A stretch of 64,000 bases of DNA from Thermoplasmata archaeon (GCA_021844945.1 JAKBSJ010000003.1:32565-96564), one strand, 5' to 3'; positions 39,521 to 49,236 are shown, numbered from the stretch's first letter. Notes: generated by a model not told the origin, from the letters alone. Made by a program: numbers and translations.

Positions 39521-39627
39521 GGCCGGGACCGAGAGTCTCAGGGCAGGGGTCAGACCCCACGCCTCTTTGAACCCGGGTCGAGGGATCCACAGTCCCCCAG
39601 GATAGGCCAAGCTACCCCATCCCGGCC
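39521..39627 (-). tRNA. tRNA-His(GUG) with encoded G-1 and a 31-nt intron at position 59/60 (39535-39565)
   Basis: Minus strand reads G-GCCGGGA TG GGGTAGCTTGGCCTATCCT G GGGGA CTGTGGA TCCCT CGAC CCGGG TTCAAA[GAGGCGTGGGGTCTGACCCCTGCCCTGAGAC]T CTCGG TCCCGGC C. Perfect acceptor stem, GTG anticodon, C73 discriminator. Confidence 0.93.
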
Positions 39628-39706
39628 ACGGGAGCCCCGACGCCGGCCCGACCTGAAAAGGCTTTTCGAAGGTGGGCCGGGAGGGCTCCCTTCCTGGGAC
39701 GGCCCT

Positions 39707-39964
39707 TCAAGCCCCCGTTCGAGGCGGGACCTGTTCGCGGATACCGAGCGCCTCTTCGTCGTGGCGTAGCTTGGACCGTCGGTCCTGGGCTTCGGCTCGT
39801 CCCACGTAAATGAAGAATCCTCCGAAGCCTGCAGAGGAGATGCCTCCGAGGTAGCCCCCGAAGTACCACCAACCCAGACCGAGCATAATCATCGCGAGCA
39901 CGAAGCCCGCACCCGCAGCGAAGAGGAGGGCTCCGCCGACGACGAAGGCGTTCTCCCTCAGCAT
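39707..39964 (-). CDS. Small two-TM membrane protein
   Basis: Two Gly-rich hydrophobic segments and a charged tail. Confidence 0.65.
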   Translation of the reverse strand: MLRENAFVVGGALLFAAGAGFVLAMIMLGLGWWYFGGYLGGISSAGFGGFFIYVGRAEAQDRRSKLRHDEEALGIREQVPPRTGA

Positions 39965-40020
39965 CGGAACCTTGGGCCGCGCGGCATCTTCGCGACGGCG
40001 CTGTACAGGGAGCGACCGTT

Positions 40021-40611
40021 ATGACCTCTGCCTCAACTGGCCCCACGATGCCGTACGCCGCAATCGCTTCGGTGGATATTGCCGCGCTTCGGTGGATCCG
40101 CGTTGAGGGCGGCCACCACGATTTCGAACTTCGTTCGGGCGACACTGCGGTCGCAAAGGTCTCCTTGCCCCCCGAGAGGAGCCGTCCGGCCAGTGCCGAG
40201 TCGATCGAGGGGCACTACACAATCGACCGCGCCGGATTCCTTCGTCCTCGGCTCACGCTCCGCCGCGAGGGGTCGAGTACCGTACTCGCGCGTCTGGTGA
40301 GTGGGCCCGAGGGCCTCCCTGCCCATCACGCGATCGAGATTGGGGGTCATGTTACCTTCGGACTCAGCCGCGCCGGTGTGTCCGTGCCCGCCTGGTCGAT
40401 CTCGACCGCCGACGGAACGGAGTGGGCGCACCTTGAGACGATACGGGAGGGCCGCCAGCTCCTCGGTAGCGTGTGCGATGTGGAGTCGACCGTGCCCGCC
40501 GACTCGTCCTCCCTCTACGCACTCATCCTGACCTGGTGCTTCATCTCGCACGCGTGGCTTGAGGACGAGGTCGTGGGTGAGTGGACCGACCACGCCGAGG
40601 GCCGGTTTTAG
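40021..40611 (+). CDS. Hypothetical protein (beta-rich with a C-terminal hydrophobic helix)
   Basis: Protein-like ORF filling the gap; no catalytic motif recognised. Confidence 0.6.
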   Translation: MTSASTGPTMPYAAIASVDIAALRWIRVEGGHHDFELRSGDTAVAKVSLPPERSRPASAESIEGHYTIDRAGFLRPRLTLRREGSSTVLARLVSGPEGLPAHHAIEIGGHVTFGLSRAGVSVPAWSISTADGTEWAHLETIREGRQLLGSVCDVESTVPADSSSLYALILTWCFISHAWLEDEVVGEWTDHAEGRF

Positions 40612-41686
40612 CGGCGGGCTTGTCTCTTCGGCCGGGAGCCCCCAGGGCGCGAAGGATCGTCGGGAAGATCACTTCGTACCGAGGCGCGACATCCGCGTGC
40701 TTTCCGGAGTACTCCCGGTGATCCACGCGGGCGCCTTGAGCCCGGGCCACGGCTGCGAAGATCCGGGCCGAGACCTCGAGGTTCCATTCGTCCTCCTCGC
40801 CCCCGTCTACGTAGACGTACCGTAGACGGCGTAAGGCTCGGGCAAACCGAGCCCGCGCGATCATCCGAACGGGGTCGCGGGCCAGCCATTTCGCCCAAAT
40901 CTCGGGTCGCAAAGCTCCGCTGGTCAAATCGAACGGAAGCTCGAAGCGACCCGGCTCGTCGTCCACGGGAGAATAGCACGACGCGTAGGCCATGAGCTCG
41001 AGACCCGAGGCCATGGGATGGAGGGGGCCCCATCCATCGATCGGTCGGGCGAATACGCGTCGAAGAAGGGCTTCGGGGCCGCCCGCCTTGCGAATCGCGC
41101 GGAACGCTCGCGGAAAGTCGGGAAGGTAACCGTACTCGAAGTACATGTCACCGGAGTCCGAGGCGGCCGCCGAAAAGACATCGGGATGGCGAAGGGCGAG
41201 GCTGAGCGCGCCATACCCTCCACTGGAGGTCCCTAACACCCCTACCGGGCCCGTTCGGTAGCGTTCCCGCACCCACGGGATGATTTCCTCCATAACGTAG
41301 TCCTCGTACCGTCCGGTCGCCGAGGAGTTCACGTACTGGCTTCCGCCAAGCGTGGTCATGCAGTCCGGCGACACCATTACAGCCTCTCCGGCTACCCCCG
41401 ACCGGATCAGCCGGTCCAGCTGACTGACCCGTGTGTCGGAGAGGTAGCGCGGCCGCTGGAAGTGAAGGAAGCCCGAGCCAGTGTACCCCGATAGCAGCAC
41501 CAGAAGCGGCCGGCCTTCGGTTCGCCCGGAGGGGGGGATATAGACCTGCAGTTCCCGCTCGACCGGGTCGCGCCAGGGATTGCCTTCCAGCACCTGGCTC
41601 GTGATCGCCGGTCGTTCGATCCGACCCTGAAGCGGGCGAGGGAACATGATCGGCGTTCGCGAATCCAGTGGCACGGAGATCGACAT
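40541..41686 (-). CDS. Alpha/beta-hydrolase esterase (enterochelin esterase-like)
   Basis: RELQVYIPP, LSGYTG, GGSQYVNS, nucleophile elbow GTSSGGYG, DGGEEDE, GKH. Confidence 0.88.
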   Translation of the reverse strand: MSISVPLDSRTPIMFPRPLQGRIERPAITSQVLEGNPWRDPVERELQVYIPPSGRTEGRPLLVLLSGYTGSGFLHFQRPRYLSDTRVSQLDRLIRSGVAGEAVMVSPDCMTTLGGSQYVNSSATGRYEDYVMEEIIPWVRERYRTGPVGVLGTSSGGYGALSLALRHPDVFSAAASDSGDMYFEYGYLPDFPRAFRAIRKAGGPEALLRRVFARPIDGWGPLHPMASGLELMAYASCYSPVDDEPGRFELPFDLTSGALRPEIWAKWLARDPVRMIARARFARALRRLRYVYVDGGEEDEWNLEVSARIFAAVARAQGARVDHREYSGKHADVAPRYEVIFPTILRALGAPGRRDKPAAKTGPRRGRSTHPRPRPQATRAR

Positions 41687-41795
41687 CGAGTGGCCTCCCG
41701 ACCGACATCGCCGATCCCCTCAAAGAGAGCGCGGGGGCCGCCCGGACCTTCGGCTCGCGCTAAGCTGAAGAGCTCCTTCGGCCCCAGCTCGTTCG

Positions 41796-42152
41796 ATGGA
41801 GCGTTGGAACGAGGAAGCGTTTTCGGGAAGGGAACTGCTCCGGCCGGGGAGGTGGTGCGTTGCGTTCCTGGCCGATTGGTGCCCGTTCTGTCGCTCGTTC
41901 CGGCCGATGTTCGAGGCGGCGGATGGCGCCGCCGACATCTCGCTCGCGATCGCCGATGTGACGTCGGAGGACAGTCCTCTCTGGGACACGTTCCGTATCG
42001 AAGTCGTCCCTACGATCGCCTTGTTCCAAGATGGGAAGCTGATCGCACGGCGCGACGGTCGTCCGATGAAGGGCCTAGAGCGTACGGACTTGGAAGATCT
42101 CTGTCGAACTGCGGCCTCACCCGCCACATCACCCGCTTCGCGTGAAGGATAG
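41796..42152 (+). CDS. Thioredoxin-family protein
   Basis: FLADWCPFC and cis-Pro motif EVVPT. Confidence 0.88.
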   Translation: MERWNEEAFSGRELLRPGRWCVAFLADWCPFCRSFRPMFEAADGAADISLAIADVTSEDSPLWDTFRIEVVPTIALFQDGKLIARRDGRPMKGLERTDLEDLCRTAASPATSPASREG

Positions 42153-43026
42153 GGTTTTTCCTACCGCGGTCGTGGGTGTTGGCGTGCCGAGCGCTCCCAG
42201 CGCCCCCGATCGCAAGATCGCGCTGATTACCGGGGGAGGAACGGGCATCGGGAGGGCGATCGGCGAACTCCTGACCGAGGATGGATACGACCTCGCGATC
42301 GCCAGCCGGTCCGTCGAACATCTCGACCAGGGAGCTCGGATGCTTCGAGCGCGAGGCGCTCGGGTGCTCACGGTCCCCACCGATGTCCGCGACCCCGCCG
42401 AGGTCGACCGGCTGATGGCCCGGGTGCGCGACGAGTACGGTCGGCTCGACGTGCTGGTGAACAACGCTGCCGGGAACTTCCCGGTCCACGCGGAGGACCT
42501 ATCTCCGAACGGGTGGCGGGCCGTCGTCGGGATCGTCCTCGACGGAACGTTCTTCTGCTCGCGCGCGGCGTTCCCCCTCCTGCGCGCCGCGCGGGACTCT
42601 TCCATCATCAACATCGTTGCGGCGTATGCTTGGCTCGCCGGTCCGGGGACGGTACATTCCGCGGCAGCGAAGGCAGGCGTGCTCTCGCTGACCCGCACCC
42701 TGGCGGTCGAGTGGGCTCGGCATGGGATCCGAGTGAACGCTGTGAGCCCCGGCCCGGTTCGTACCGAAGGCACGGACCAGCAACTCTGGACCTCCGAGGA
42801 GCTTGTCCGGCAGATCGAACACGGGGTGCCGATGGAGCGCTTTGGGACTCCGGAAGAGATCGCACAGGCCGTTCGCTTCCTCATCGGACCCCACGCGCGC
42901 TACATCACCGGCCAGGTTCTTCCCGTGGACGGGGGACAGTGGCTCGGCCGAGGTATGATGGAATTCTTCAACGGGCCGGGGCCGGAAAGGGCCGCTTCGT
43001 CCCGCCCAGGGGGTGCGCCCGAGTGA
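42142..43026 (+). CDS. SDR oxidoreductase, 2,4-dienoyl-CoA reductase-like
   Basis: ITGGGTGIG, NNAAGNF, LSPNGW, HSAAAKAGV, LAVEW. Confidence 0.9.
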   Translation: MKDRVFPTAVVGVGVPSAPSAPDRKIALITGGGTGIGRAIGELLTEDGYDLAIASRSVEHLDQGARMLRARGARVLTVPTDVRDPAEVDRLMARVRDEYGRLDVLVNNAAGNFPVHAEDLSPNGWRAVVGIVLDGTFFCSRAAFPLLRAARDSSIINIVAAYAWLAGPGTVHSAAAKAGVLSLTRTLAVEWARHGIRVNAVSPGPVRTEGTDQQLWTSEELVRQIEHGVPMERFGTPEEIAQAVRFLIGPHARYITGQVLPVDGGQWLGRGMMEFFNGPGPERAASSRPGGAPE

Positions 43027-43078
43027 AGGGACGAATGGCCTGCGATCGTTCCGCCCGCCCCGAGATCGCGGAGACCTG

Positions 43079-44326
43079 GTGAACTTTTTCGACTCGGCTA
43101 CGGTCGTCGTCGCGATCCTCCTGCTCGGCGCGACGATCCTCATCGCCTTCGGGAGCGACGCTCTCTCGCAGCGGTTCCGGGTCCCGGATGTCCTGTGGCT
43201 GATCCTCTTCGGCCTCCTCGCGGGACCGATCTTCCATATCGTAAGCCCGAGCCAGGTGACGGAGATCGGCGCGATCGTAGGGACGATCGCGCTGGTGATC
43301 ATCCTCTACGACGCCGGTATCGACTTCAATCCTCGCGAAGCTCGGTCGGTCGGTGTCTCGGGACTGCTCCTTGCGGTGCTGAGCTTTGGACTCTCGGCGG
43401 TGGCACTGTTCCTCGTCGCCTACCTGCTTCTGACCCACTATGATCTCACGACCTCCATCGTCTTCGCCCTCGCGCTCGCGGGGATCTCGGGAGCGGTCAC
43501 GATCCCGCTGGGCGCCCGTCTTGGACTCTCGGCCCCGTCGCGCGATACCCTGAATCTCGACCTCGCGATCGAGGATACGCTCGGGGTCTTGTCGGTCACG
43601 GTCCTCCTCTCGGTCCTAGCGAGCCCCAACGCGGGCATCGGCGCGCTCGTTCCCCAGGTATTGCTCCCGCTCCCCCTCGCGATCATCTTTGGCGTGCTCG
43701 GAGGTCTCGCCGCAATCGAGTTCCTGACCCGATGGCAGCAGCGCGTCTACGCCGGGCTTGCGGTGATGGGCCTCTTGCTCGTCGTCTACGCCGGGACCCA
43801 GTACCTCGACGGGTCCGGGATCATCGCGGCATTGATCATGGGAGTAGTTCTCGGGAACGACTCGTTCTTCCGCCGTTGGCTTCCCCGCACGATGAGCCCC
43901 GACTTTGCCTTCGACCCCACCGTCCGCCAAGTCCACAACGACATCGCCTTCGTCCTTCGCGCACTCTTCCTGGTCATCCTCGGGATCATCGTGCCGATCC
44001 AACCGCTCGGAGTGACCGTCGCGGCGGCGGCCGTCGCGCTCCCGTTTGTCCTTCTCCTCCTGCGGCGGTACGTGCTGCAGGACCTGGCGGGCCGCCAACG
44101 CGTGTCCTCCAAGGAGTGGCCTCGTCTCGCGGGCCTCTACGGTAGGGGTCTGACGAACGCCGTCCTTCTGATCCTCGCGCTCGCCCTCATCCCGGCGATG
44201 AACTCCTTGCTGTTCCCGGCGCTGATCGTCATCATCGGAACGGACGTGCTGATGACGGCCCTGGTCTTCCTTGACCGAGGCTCCGGGCCCTCCGCGCCCT
44301 CTCCCACGAGTTCCGGAGGCCCGTAG
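43079..44326 (+). CDS. Cation:proton antiporter (CPA1/NhaP-like)
   Basis: VPDVLWLI, IILYDAG, LAIEDTL, GRGLTNAVL; about 12 TM helices. Confidence 0.85.
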   Translation: MNFFDSATVVVAILLLGATILIAFGSDALSQRFRVPDVLWLILFGLLAGPIFHIVSPSQVTEIGAIVGTIALVIILYDAGIDFNPREARSVGVSGLLLAVLSFGLSAVALFLVAYLLLTHYDLTTSIVFALALAGISGAVTIPLGARLGLSAPSRDTLNLDLAIEDTLGVLSVTVLLSVLASPNAGIGALVPQVLLPLPLAIIFGVLGGLAAIEFLTRWQQRVYAGLAVMGLLLVVYAGTQYLDGSGIIAALIMGVVLGNDSFFRRWLPRTMSPDFAFDPTVRQVHNDIAFVLRALFLVILGIIVPIQPLGVTVAAAAVALPFVLLLLRRYVLQDLAGRQRVSSKEWPRLAGLYGRGLTNAVLLILALALIPAMNSLLFPALIVIIGTDVLMTALVFLDRGSGPSAPSPTSSGGP

Positions 44327-44374
44327 TGCCAGGGGCGCGGTGCTCCGGGCCTCCAAGTCCGGGGCCCGCCGACA

Positions 44375-45205
44375 TCACATCGCCGGCACGTCGCGCTCGA
44401 CCAGGAACCGGTGGAGCAATCCGATGTACTGTGCCGGCCGGGTCAGGTGTGGAAAGTGGCCCACGTCCGGGATCTGCTGCACCTTGACGTTGCGCAGCCT
44501 TCGTGCGAGCGCCTCAGTCATCCGGTGGAGGAACGGCGGGCTATCCGCTCCCTCGGTCAGGAGCACGGGGCTCATCGCCTCGGAGAGGCCCGAGAGCTCC
44601 GGTCGGTCGGTCTCCGGGTCTGAGACCTCCTCGAGCCAGTGCGGCGCGTTCGCGAGGAACGTTGCCTTCCCGTCGACCGGCATGCGATCCCACGCGCCGG
44701 GATCGCGCGCCAACGCCGTCACAAATCCCCGAGCGGCCGATTCAATCTCGCCCTGGCGGAGGGCCCGCCGGAGCTGGGCCACCCCGGCCCGAAGCTCCTG
44801 AGCCTCGAGCGCGGTCGCCGGGTCGTCCTCCAGAAAGCCGAGGCACGGGGGTTCGTGAGCGACCACCGCCCGCACGAGTTCGGGGCGGGACCCGGCGAGG
44901 TGGAAGGCGACGCAGCCTCCGTAGGAGTGCGCGACGACATGGGCCGGGTAGAGGTCCGTCGCCACCAGGAAGTTCGCGAGGTCCTCCGCGTCGTCCTTCA
45001 CCGGATGCGCTCGGGTCGGACCCGTGCTCCCGCCATAACCCCGACGATCGTAGGCGAGCACTCGCATCGAATCACCGAGGACCGGAGCGATGCGGTCGAA
45101 AGTGCGATGGTCCACCCACGAACCGTGAACGAGGACGACCGGGTCCCCTCGGTCCCCGTAGCGCTCGTACCGTATACGGACGTCTCCCAGCTCCGCGATG
45201 GGCAT
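44375..45205 (-). CDS. Alpha/beta-fold hydrolase
   Basis: VLVHGSW, YDRRGYG, AHSYGG, GHFPH. Confidence 0.9.
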   Translation of the reverse strand: MPIAELGDVRIRYERYGDRGDPVVLVHGSWVDHRTFDRIAPVLGDSMRVLAYDRRGYGGSTGPTRAHPVKDDAEDLANFLVATDLYPAHVVAHSYGGCVAFHLAGSRPELVRAVVAHEPPCLGFLEDDPATALEAQELRAGVAQLRRALRQGEIESAARGFVTALARDPGAWDRMPVDGKATFLANAPHWLEEVSDPETDRPELSGLSEAMSPVLLTEGADSPPFLHRMTEALARRLRNVKVQQIPDVGHFPHLTRPAQYIGLLHRFLVERDVPAM

Positions 45206-45237
45206 CGGAAATCGACGCGGTAGCCCGGAGAGGACAC

Positions 45238-46335
45238 TTAACGGGACCGTCGCGGCGAAAAGGGCCGGCGCGCTGTGAACACGAGCGCGAGCGCGTTCCC
45301 CGGGGCCTCGTGGACCCGCAGGCCGGTGAGGCCGGACCTCCGGAGCAGCGCCTTCGCGCGTTGTTCGCCCCAGCAGGTCCCCAGGCCCCCGGGTCCGTCG
45401 CTTCGCGAGACCGGCAGGCAGTAGGTGACAGAGACCCCGTAGAGGAAGCGAGCGCCCGTGCGACCAATGTTGTCCAAGAGCACGCTGGACGCCCGTGGCT
45501 CCTGAGCGAGGAACCATCCCCCGGGACGGAGCGCCCGTACGACGCCCCGCACGGTCGCCTCGGGCCGGCCCAGGTCGTGGATCGCGTCGAACATCGTGAT
45601 GAGGTCGAACGGTCCGAACCGGCGCAGCCCGCTCGCGTCCGAGCGCACGAATCGCACGTTCCGAAGTCCCAGGGACTTCGCTTCGGCCCGGGCGCGCGCG
45701 AGGGGAGCGGCGGCCCGGTCGATCCCGAGGAAGCGAGAGCGGGGGAACGCCTGGGCCAGACGGTGGACGACACGGCCGCTACCGGTGCCGAAGTCGGCGA
45801 CTCGGATTCCTCGCGCGAGAGCTTCGGAGAGGCCCGGAAGGAGGGGCACGTAGCCCGAAACCAGCAGCGCGTCCATGCGTCGTCGGTTCATCTCCTCCAT
45901 GATCCTCGGGAACTCTGGAAGGTAGGCCGAGTACGGCACCCCCTCGCCCGTGGCGAACGCGGCCGCAACCGTATCCAGATTCTTGGCCCCGAGATGGATC
46001 ATCAGGCTCCCGGGAGCCATGTTGTAGATCGAAGGTCCGCTCAGAGCTCGGGCCCGGGCGGGAGCGAGGGAGAAGCGGCGCGACCGCGCGTCGTAGGCGA
46101 CGATGCGGGCCGCCGCAACCGCGTGAAGCCACTCCCGAACGTAGCGCTCGTCCTGATGAGAGCGGCGCGCGATCTGCCGCGATGTCCCGGGGCCGTCGGT
46201 CAGCGTGGACCATAAGCCCGTCACATGACCGAGATGGACCATCATCGTTAGCTCGGCATCCGCATAGGCGCGCAGGATCCTCCGCACGAACCGACGCGTC
46301 TCCCGGGGCGCCGCGAGCGGGTTCGATGGGGCCAT
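45238..46335 (-). CDS. Class I SAM-dependent methyltransferase with N-terminal wHTH (Rv2258c-like)
   Basis: ERYVREWL, VADFGTGSG, FDAIHD, LRPGG, YCLPVS, GLGTCWG. Confidence 0.9.
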   Translation of the reverse strand: MAPSNPLAAPRETRRFVRRILRAYADAELTMMVHLGHVTGLWSTLTDGPGTSRQIARRSHQDERYVREWLHAVAAARIVAYDARSRRFSLAPARARALSGPSIYNMAPGSLMIHLGAKNLDTVAAAFATGEGVPYSAYLPEFPRIMEEMNRRRMDALLVSGYVPLLPGLSEALARGIRVADFGTGSGRVVHRLAQAFPRSRFLGIDRAAAPLARARAEAKSLGLRNVRFVRSDASGLRRFGPFDLITMFDAIHDLGRPEATVRGVVRALRPGGWFLAQEPRASSVLLDNIGRTGARFLYGVSVTYCLPVSRSDGPGGLGTCWGEQRAKALLRRSGLTGLRVHEAPGNALALVFTARRPFSPRRSR

Positions 46336-46404
46336 TCCTCGCGGGCATCCGTGGCAGGGCTTAATCGTGGCGACCGGCTGGACCGACGGGGGGCTGCGAA
46401 ACGA

Positions 46405-46689
46405 ATGAGCGCGATCTTCCAGCGACCTCTGTGCGAGATGGGCCGGGCGTACGACTATGCGTATCGGCCGATCGTCGGCGATCCCACCGTCGGGGACGGG
46501 GGCCCCTGCGACGAGCGGCCGGTCGGTGTGGAGCTCTGCGCGGCGAGCGCCGACCCGACGAGGGAGGATCCACTCTACCGATCCTTCCTCCTCTGCCCCG
46601 AGCACCGGACCCAGCTCGAGCGGTACGACGCGCGACTTCGCGCCGAGGGACGGGCGAGCCGGTTCCGGATCCCTCGTCCGCAGATCTAG
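46405..46689 (+). CDS. Small Cys/His-containing hypothetical protein
   Basis: LCEMG...PC...ELC...LCPEH; TTAAT upstream; the stop overlaps the convergent gene by 4 nt. Confidence 0.6.
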   Translation: MSAIFQRPLCEMGRAYDYAYRPIVGDPTVGDGGPCDERPVGVELCAASADPTREDPLYRSFLLCPEHRTQLERYDARLRAEGRASRFRIPRPQI

Positions 46690-47576
46690 GCGGCGACCGC
46701 CGGAACCTCAGTAAGGCCCGAGCGTTGCTCGCAGACCTCCCAAAGCCGGCGGGCCGCCTCGGCATCGCGCGAAGCCGGACTCGAGCGATGAGGGCGGCGG
46801 CGGACGAAGTAGGCTCCGCTGATGTGGGCTACGTCCGGCGACGTGGCGAGGTAGAGCGGGGTCTCGGCACCTTTCTCGGGAGAGATGGCCGCGATCCGCT
46901 TCGCTACCCCGAAGAACGCGCCGCGCATCCCGGTCGAACCTTCCTCGCCGAACGCGGTCCGTACGAACCCGGGGTGGCACGCGTTGAACGTCACCGGTCG
47001 ATCCGCGTGGCGACGGGCGGACTCGTAGGTGAGCAACAGGAGCGCGAGCTTCGACTGCGAGTACGCGGCCCAACCTCCGTACGCCCTTCGGCGATCGAGA
47101 TCCTCGAAGTCCATGACGCCCATCGAATGCACGGAGCTTGATACGTTCACGACCCGACCGGCTCCCGACGCTGCGAGGCGTGGCATCAGCGTCTCGGTCA
47201 GGATGAACGGTGCTAGGACATTGAGCCCGAACGTTCGCTCGTCTCCGGACGGAGTGGTCGCGAACGTGTGCTGGATCGCCCCCGCATTGTTGATCAGGAC
47301 GTCAACCCGGGGGTTCTCTTCCCGAAGCTTCGCCGCGAGCGTGCGAGTGGACGACGTATCGGCGAGGTCCACCGGGTAGACCCGCGCACGCGTTCCCGAC
47401 TTGGTCGCGCTTCGTGCGATCGCCCCGAGGCGTACCGGGTCTCGACCGACGAGGACCAGGTCCGCGCCCGCGCGCCCGAGCGACCCGGCGAGCACGGCCC
47501 CGATGCCCGAACTGGCTCCGGTCAACACGACACACTTTCCGTCCATTCGGGTGGCGGCTGTGGGGGTCGGGGTCAT
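46686..47576 (-). CDS. SDR oxidoreductase (retinol dehydrogenase-like)
   Basis: TGASSGIG, NNAG, NVSS, YSQSK, HPGFVRT. Confidence 0.92.
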   Translation of the reverse strand: MTPTPTAATRMDGKCVVLTGASSGIGAVLAGSLGRAGADLVLVGRDPVRLGAIARSATKSGTRARVYPVDLADTSSTRTLAAKLREENPRVDVLINNAGAIQHTFATTPSGDERTFGLNVLAPFILTETLMPRLAASGAGRVVNVSSSVHSMGVMDFEDLDRRRAYGGWAAYSQSKLALLLLTYESARRHADRPVTFNACHPGFVRTAFGEEGSTGMRGAFFGVAKRIAAISPEKGAETPLYLATSPDVAHISGAYFVRRRPHRSSPASRDAEAARRLWEVCEQRSGLTEVPAVAA

Positions 47577-47717
47577 CGATTTTCTCCCGGGCCGTACCCA
47601 GAAGGCTATCCGTCTCGGGTGGGTCCGAACGGGCGAGCCCCGTCTTCGATATATCCGCTCAGGTCCGGGGAACTTGACGACAGGGAGTCGGCCGTCGCAA
47701 CGGCACCGCAGGGCGGC

Positions 47718-48737
47718 TTACACGGAGGAAGGGGCGTCCTTCCATGGCATGGCGATACGACGGAACTTTCGGTCGACCCGAGGGGCCCCGCCGCCCGGCG
47801 GGAAAGAAACCTCGATGGTCAGCCAGCGACCGAGCATGCCAAACTCGATGGAGTACCAGCGCGCGATCCAACCGCCGTCCATCGTCGGGTCCGCGCGTGC
47901 GAACATGTGCGTCTCCTCGGCCATCCGGCCCATGCGACCCGCCGGCTCGCGCGCCAGCAGCGGGAACGACTGTTCGAGCGCTGCCGCCGCGCTCGTCACG
48001 GCCCGAGGGGTTCCTTCCGGGGCCCCCGTGAGGGGGATGTCGAGAGTGTACGGGCCCTGTAGGCCTCGTCCTACCACGTACCGGCCGAGGCTCCGGCGCA
48101 AATGGCCCCCGTCGCGGGACTCACCGAAGAGGAACCAGACGAACGGGTTCTCGGTCGGGACGATGTAGCGAAACTCTCCGTAGAGGTGCGCGCGCCGGCC
48201 CAACCAAAGTCGTACGGCGAGCCTCAGTCCCAGGTAGAGCGCGAAGAAACCGCTGAGGAAGTAGATGCTCGCCCAGTAGATGTCGAGCGCGACCACGTTG
48301 CGCTCCACGCCGAGCAGGACGTACATCGATACAACGCTGAAGATCAGCACGAAGAAGTTCACCGCGCGCTCAGCGTCGAACGCGATGCGCTTCGGGGAGA
48401 ATGGGAGCAACGGAGGGACGGAGTAGTTCGTGAACCCGTCCAGAAGGATGTGCAGGACGCCTCCGAGGAGGAAGACGGCGAAGTAGATCAGCACCGAGCC
48501 CGGAAGGATCAACGGAGCGATTAGCGCGCCGCCGATCGCGATGACCGTGACCCCGAGGAGCGAGTGCGTGATCCCGCGGTGGGAGAAGATCGGCCAGCGA
48601 CGGGCGAGCGGGAACAGCAGCGCGTCGGCATCGGGAAGGCCGCCCGCAAGCGCGCCGGCGGCGATGTACTGAACGTGAAACCCGACGAGGCCGAGCGTGA
48701 GCAGGTAGGCGATCAGTACGTGGGTGATCAGGTCCAC
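47718..48737 (-). CDS. Membrane-bound metal-dependent hydrolase (YdjM family)
   Basis: MDLITH, LPDAD, HRGITHS, HILLD. Confidence 0.9.
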   Translation of the reverse strand: MDLITHVLIAYLLTLGLVGFHVQYIAAGALAGGLPDADALLFPLARRWPIFSHRGITHSLLGVTVIAIGGALIAPLILPGSVLIYFAVFLLGGVLHILLDGFTNYSVPPLLPFSPKRIAFDAERAVNFFVLIFSVVSMYVLLGVERNVVALDIYWASIYFLSGFFALYLGLRLAVRLWLGRRAHLYGEFRYIVPTENPFVWFLFGESRDGGHLRRSLGRYVVGRGLQGPYTLDIPLTGAPEGTPRAVTSAAAALEQSFPLLAREPAGRMGRMAEETHMFARADPTMDGGWIARWYSIEFGMLGRWLTIEVSFPPGGGAPRVDRKFRRIAMPWKDAPSSV

Positions 48738-48758
48738 AGGTGCCTTGGTGGGGGCGGC

Positions 48759-49025
48759 CTACAGGAGGCCCTCCTCCATCACCTCGACCGACTCTACGTG
48801 AGGGACCTGGGCGAGCTCCTGTTCGACCGACTCGAGGATACCGCCCTCATCGTTCATCACCACGCTGACGAGCAGCGCCTTGAGCCCGTAGGCGATGTCC
48901 TTGACCTGCATCCCGCGGACGGTGACGCCGGCGGGCAGCCTCGATCGAACGCCCCGCGCCATCTCCTCGAGGTTCGTGTCGACACCTTGCGGCATCAACC
49001 GGAAGAGCACGGCGACCTGACCCAC
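48759..49025 (-). CDS. ef1b: Archaeal elongation factor 1-beta
   Basis: MGQVAVLFRLMP, IAYGLKAL, VESVEV. Confidence 0.95.
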   Translation of the reverse strand: MGQVAVLFRLMPQGVDTNLEEMARGVRSRLPAGVTVRGMQVKDIAYGLKALLVSVVMNDEGGILESVEQELAQVPHVESVEVMEEGLL

Positions 49026-49038
49026 GGGCGTTGCCCCC

Positions 49039-49212
49039 TCAGGGACCTTCGAAGCCGCAGGACGGGCAGTGGTACAGGACGCTCTGGTCCCGGCAGCGCG
49101 GGTCGCGGCCGATCGTCACCTGTCCGCAGTTCGGGCACGGAAACTGCGTCGAGCCGCGGGCCGATAGAGACGCTCCGCACGATGTGCAGGATGTGGCGCG
49201 CGCCTCGGTCAT
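49039..49212 (-). CDS. CPxCG zinc-finger microprotein (DUF1610/HVO_2753-like), 57 aa
   Basis: Manual translation MTEARATSCTSCGASLSARGSTQFPCPNCGQVTIGRDPRCRDQSVLYHCPSCGFEGP; usual position upstream of aEF-1beta. Not in the ORF track. Confidence 0.92.
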   Translation of the reverse strand: MTEARATSCTSCGASLSARGSTQFPCPNCGQVTIGRDPRCRDQSVLYHCPSCGFEGP

Positions 49213-49236
49213 GGTGGTGTGTACCCGCTCTCCCCG

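Noticed and set aside
39440-39720. Integrated element or att site at tRNA-His
   Set aside because: No integrase, no duplicated tRNA 3' end elsewhere that I could see, and no compositional shift.
42142-43026. SDR with His in place of the catalytic Tyr (HSAAAK)
   Set aside because: Normal for the 2,4-dienoyl-CoA reductase-like subfamily.
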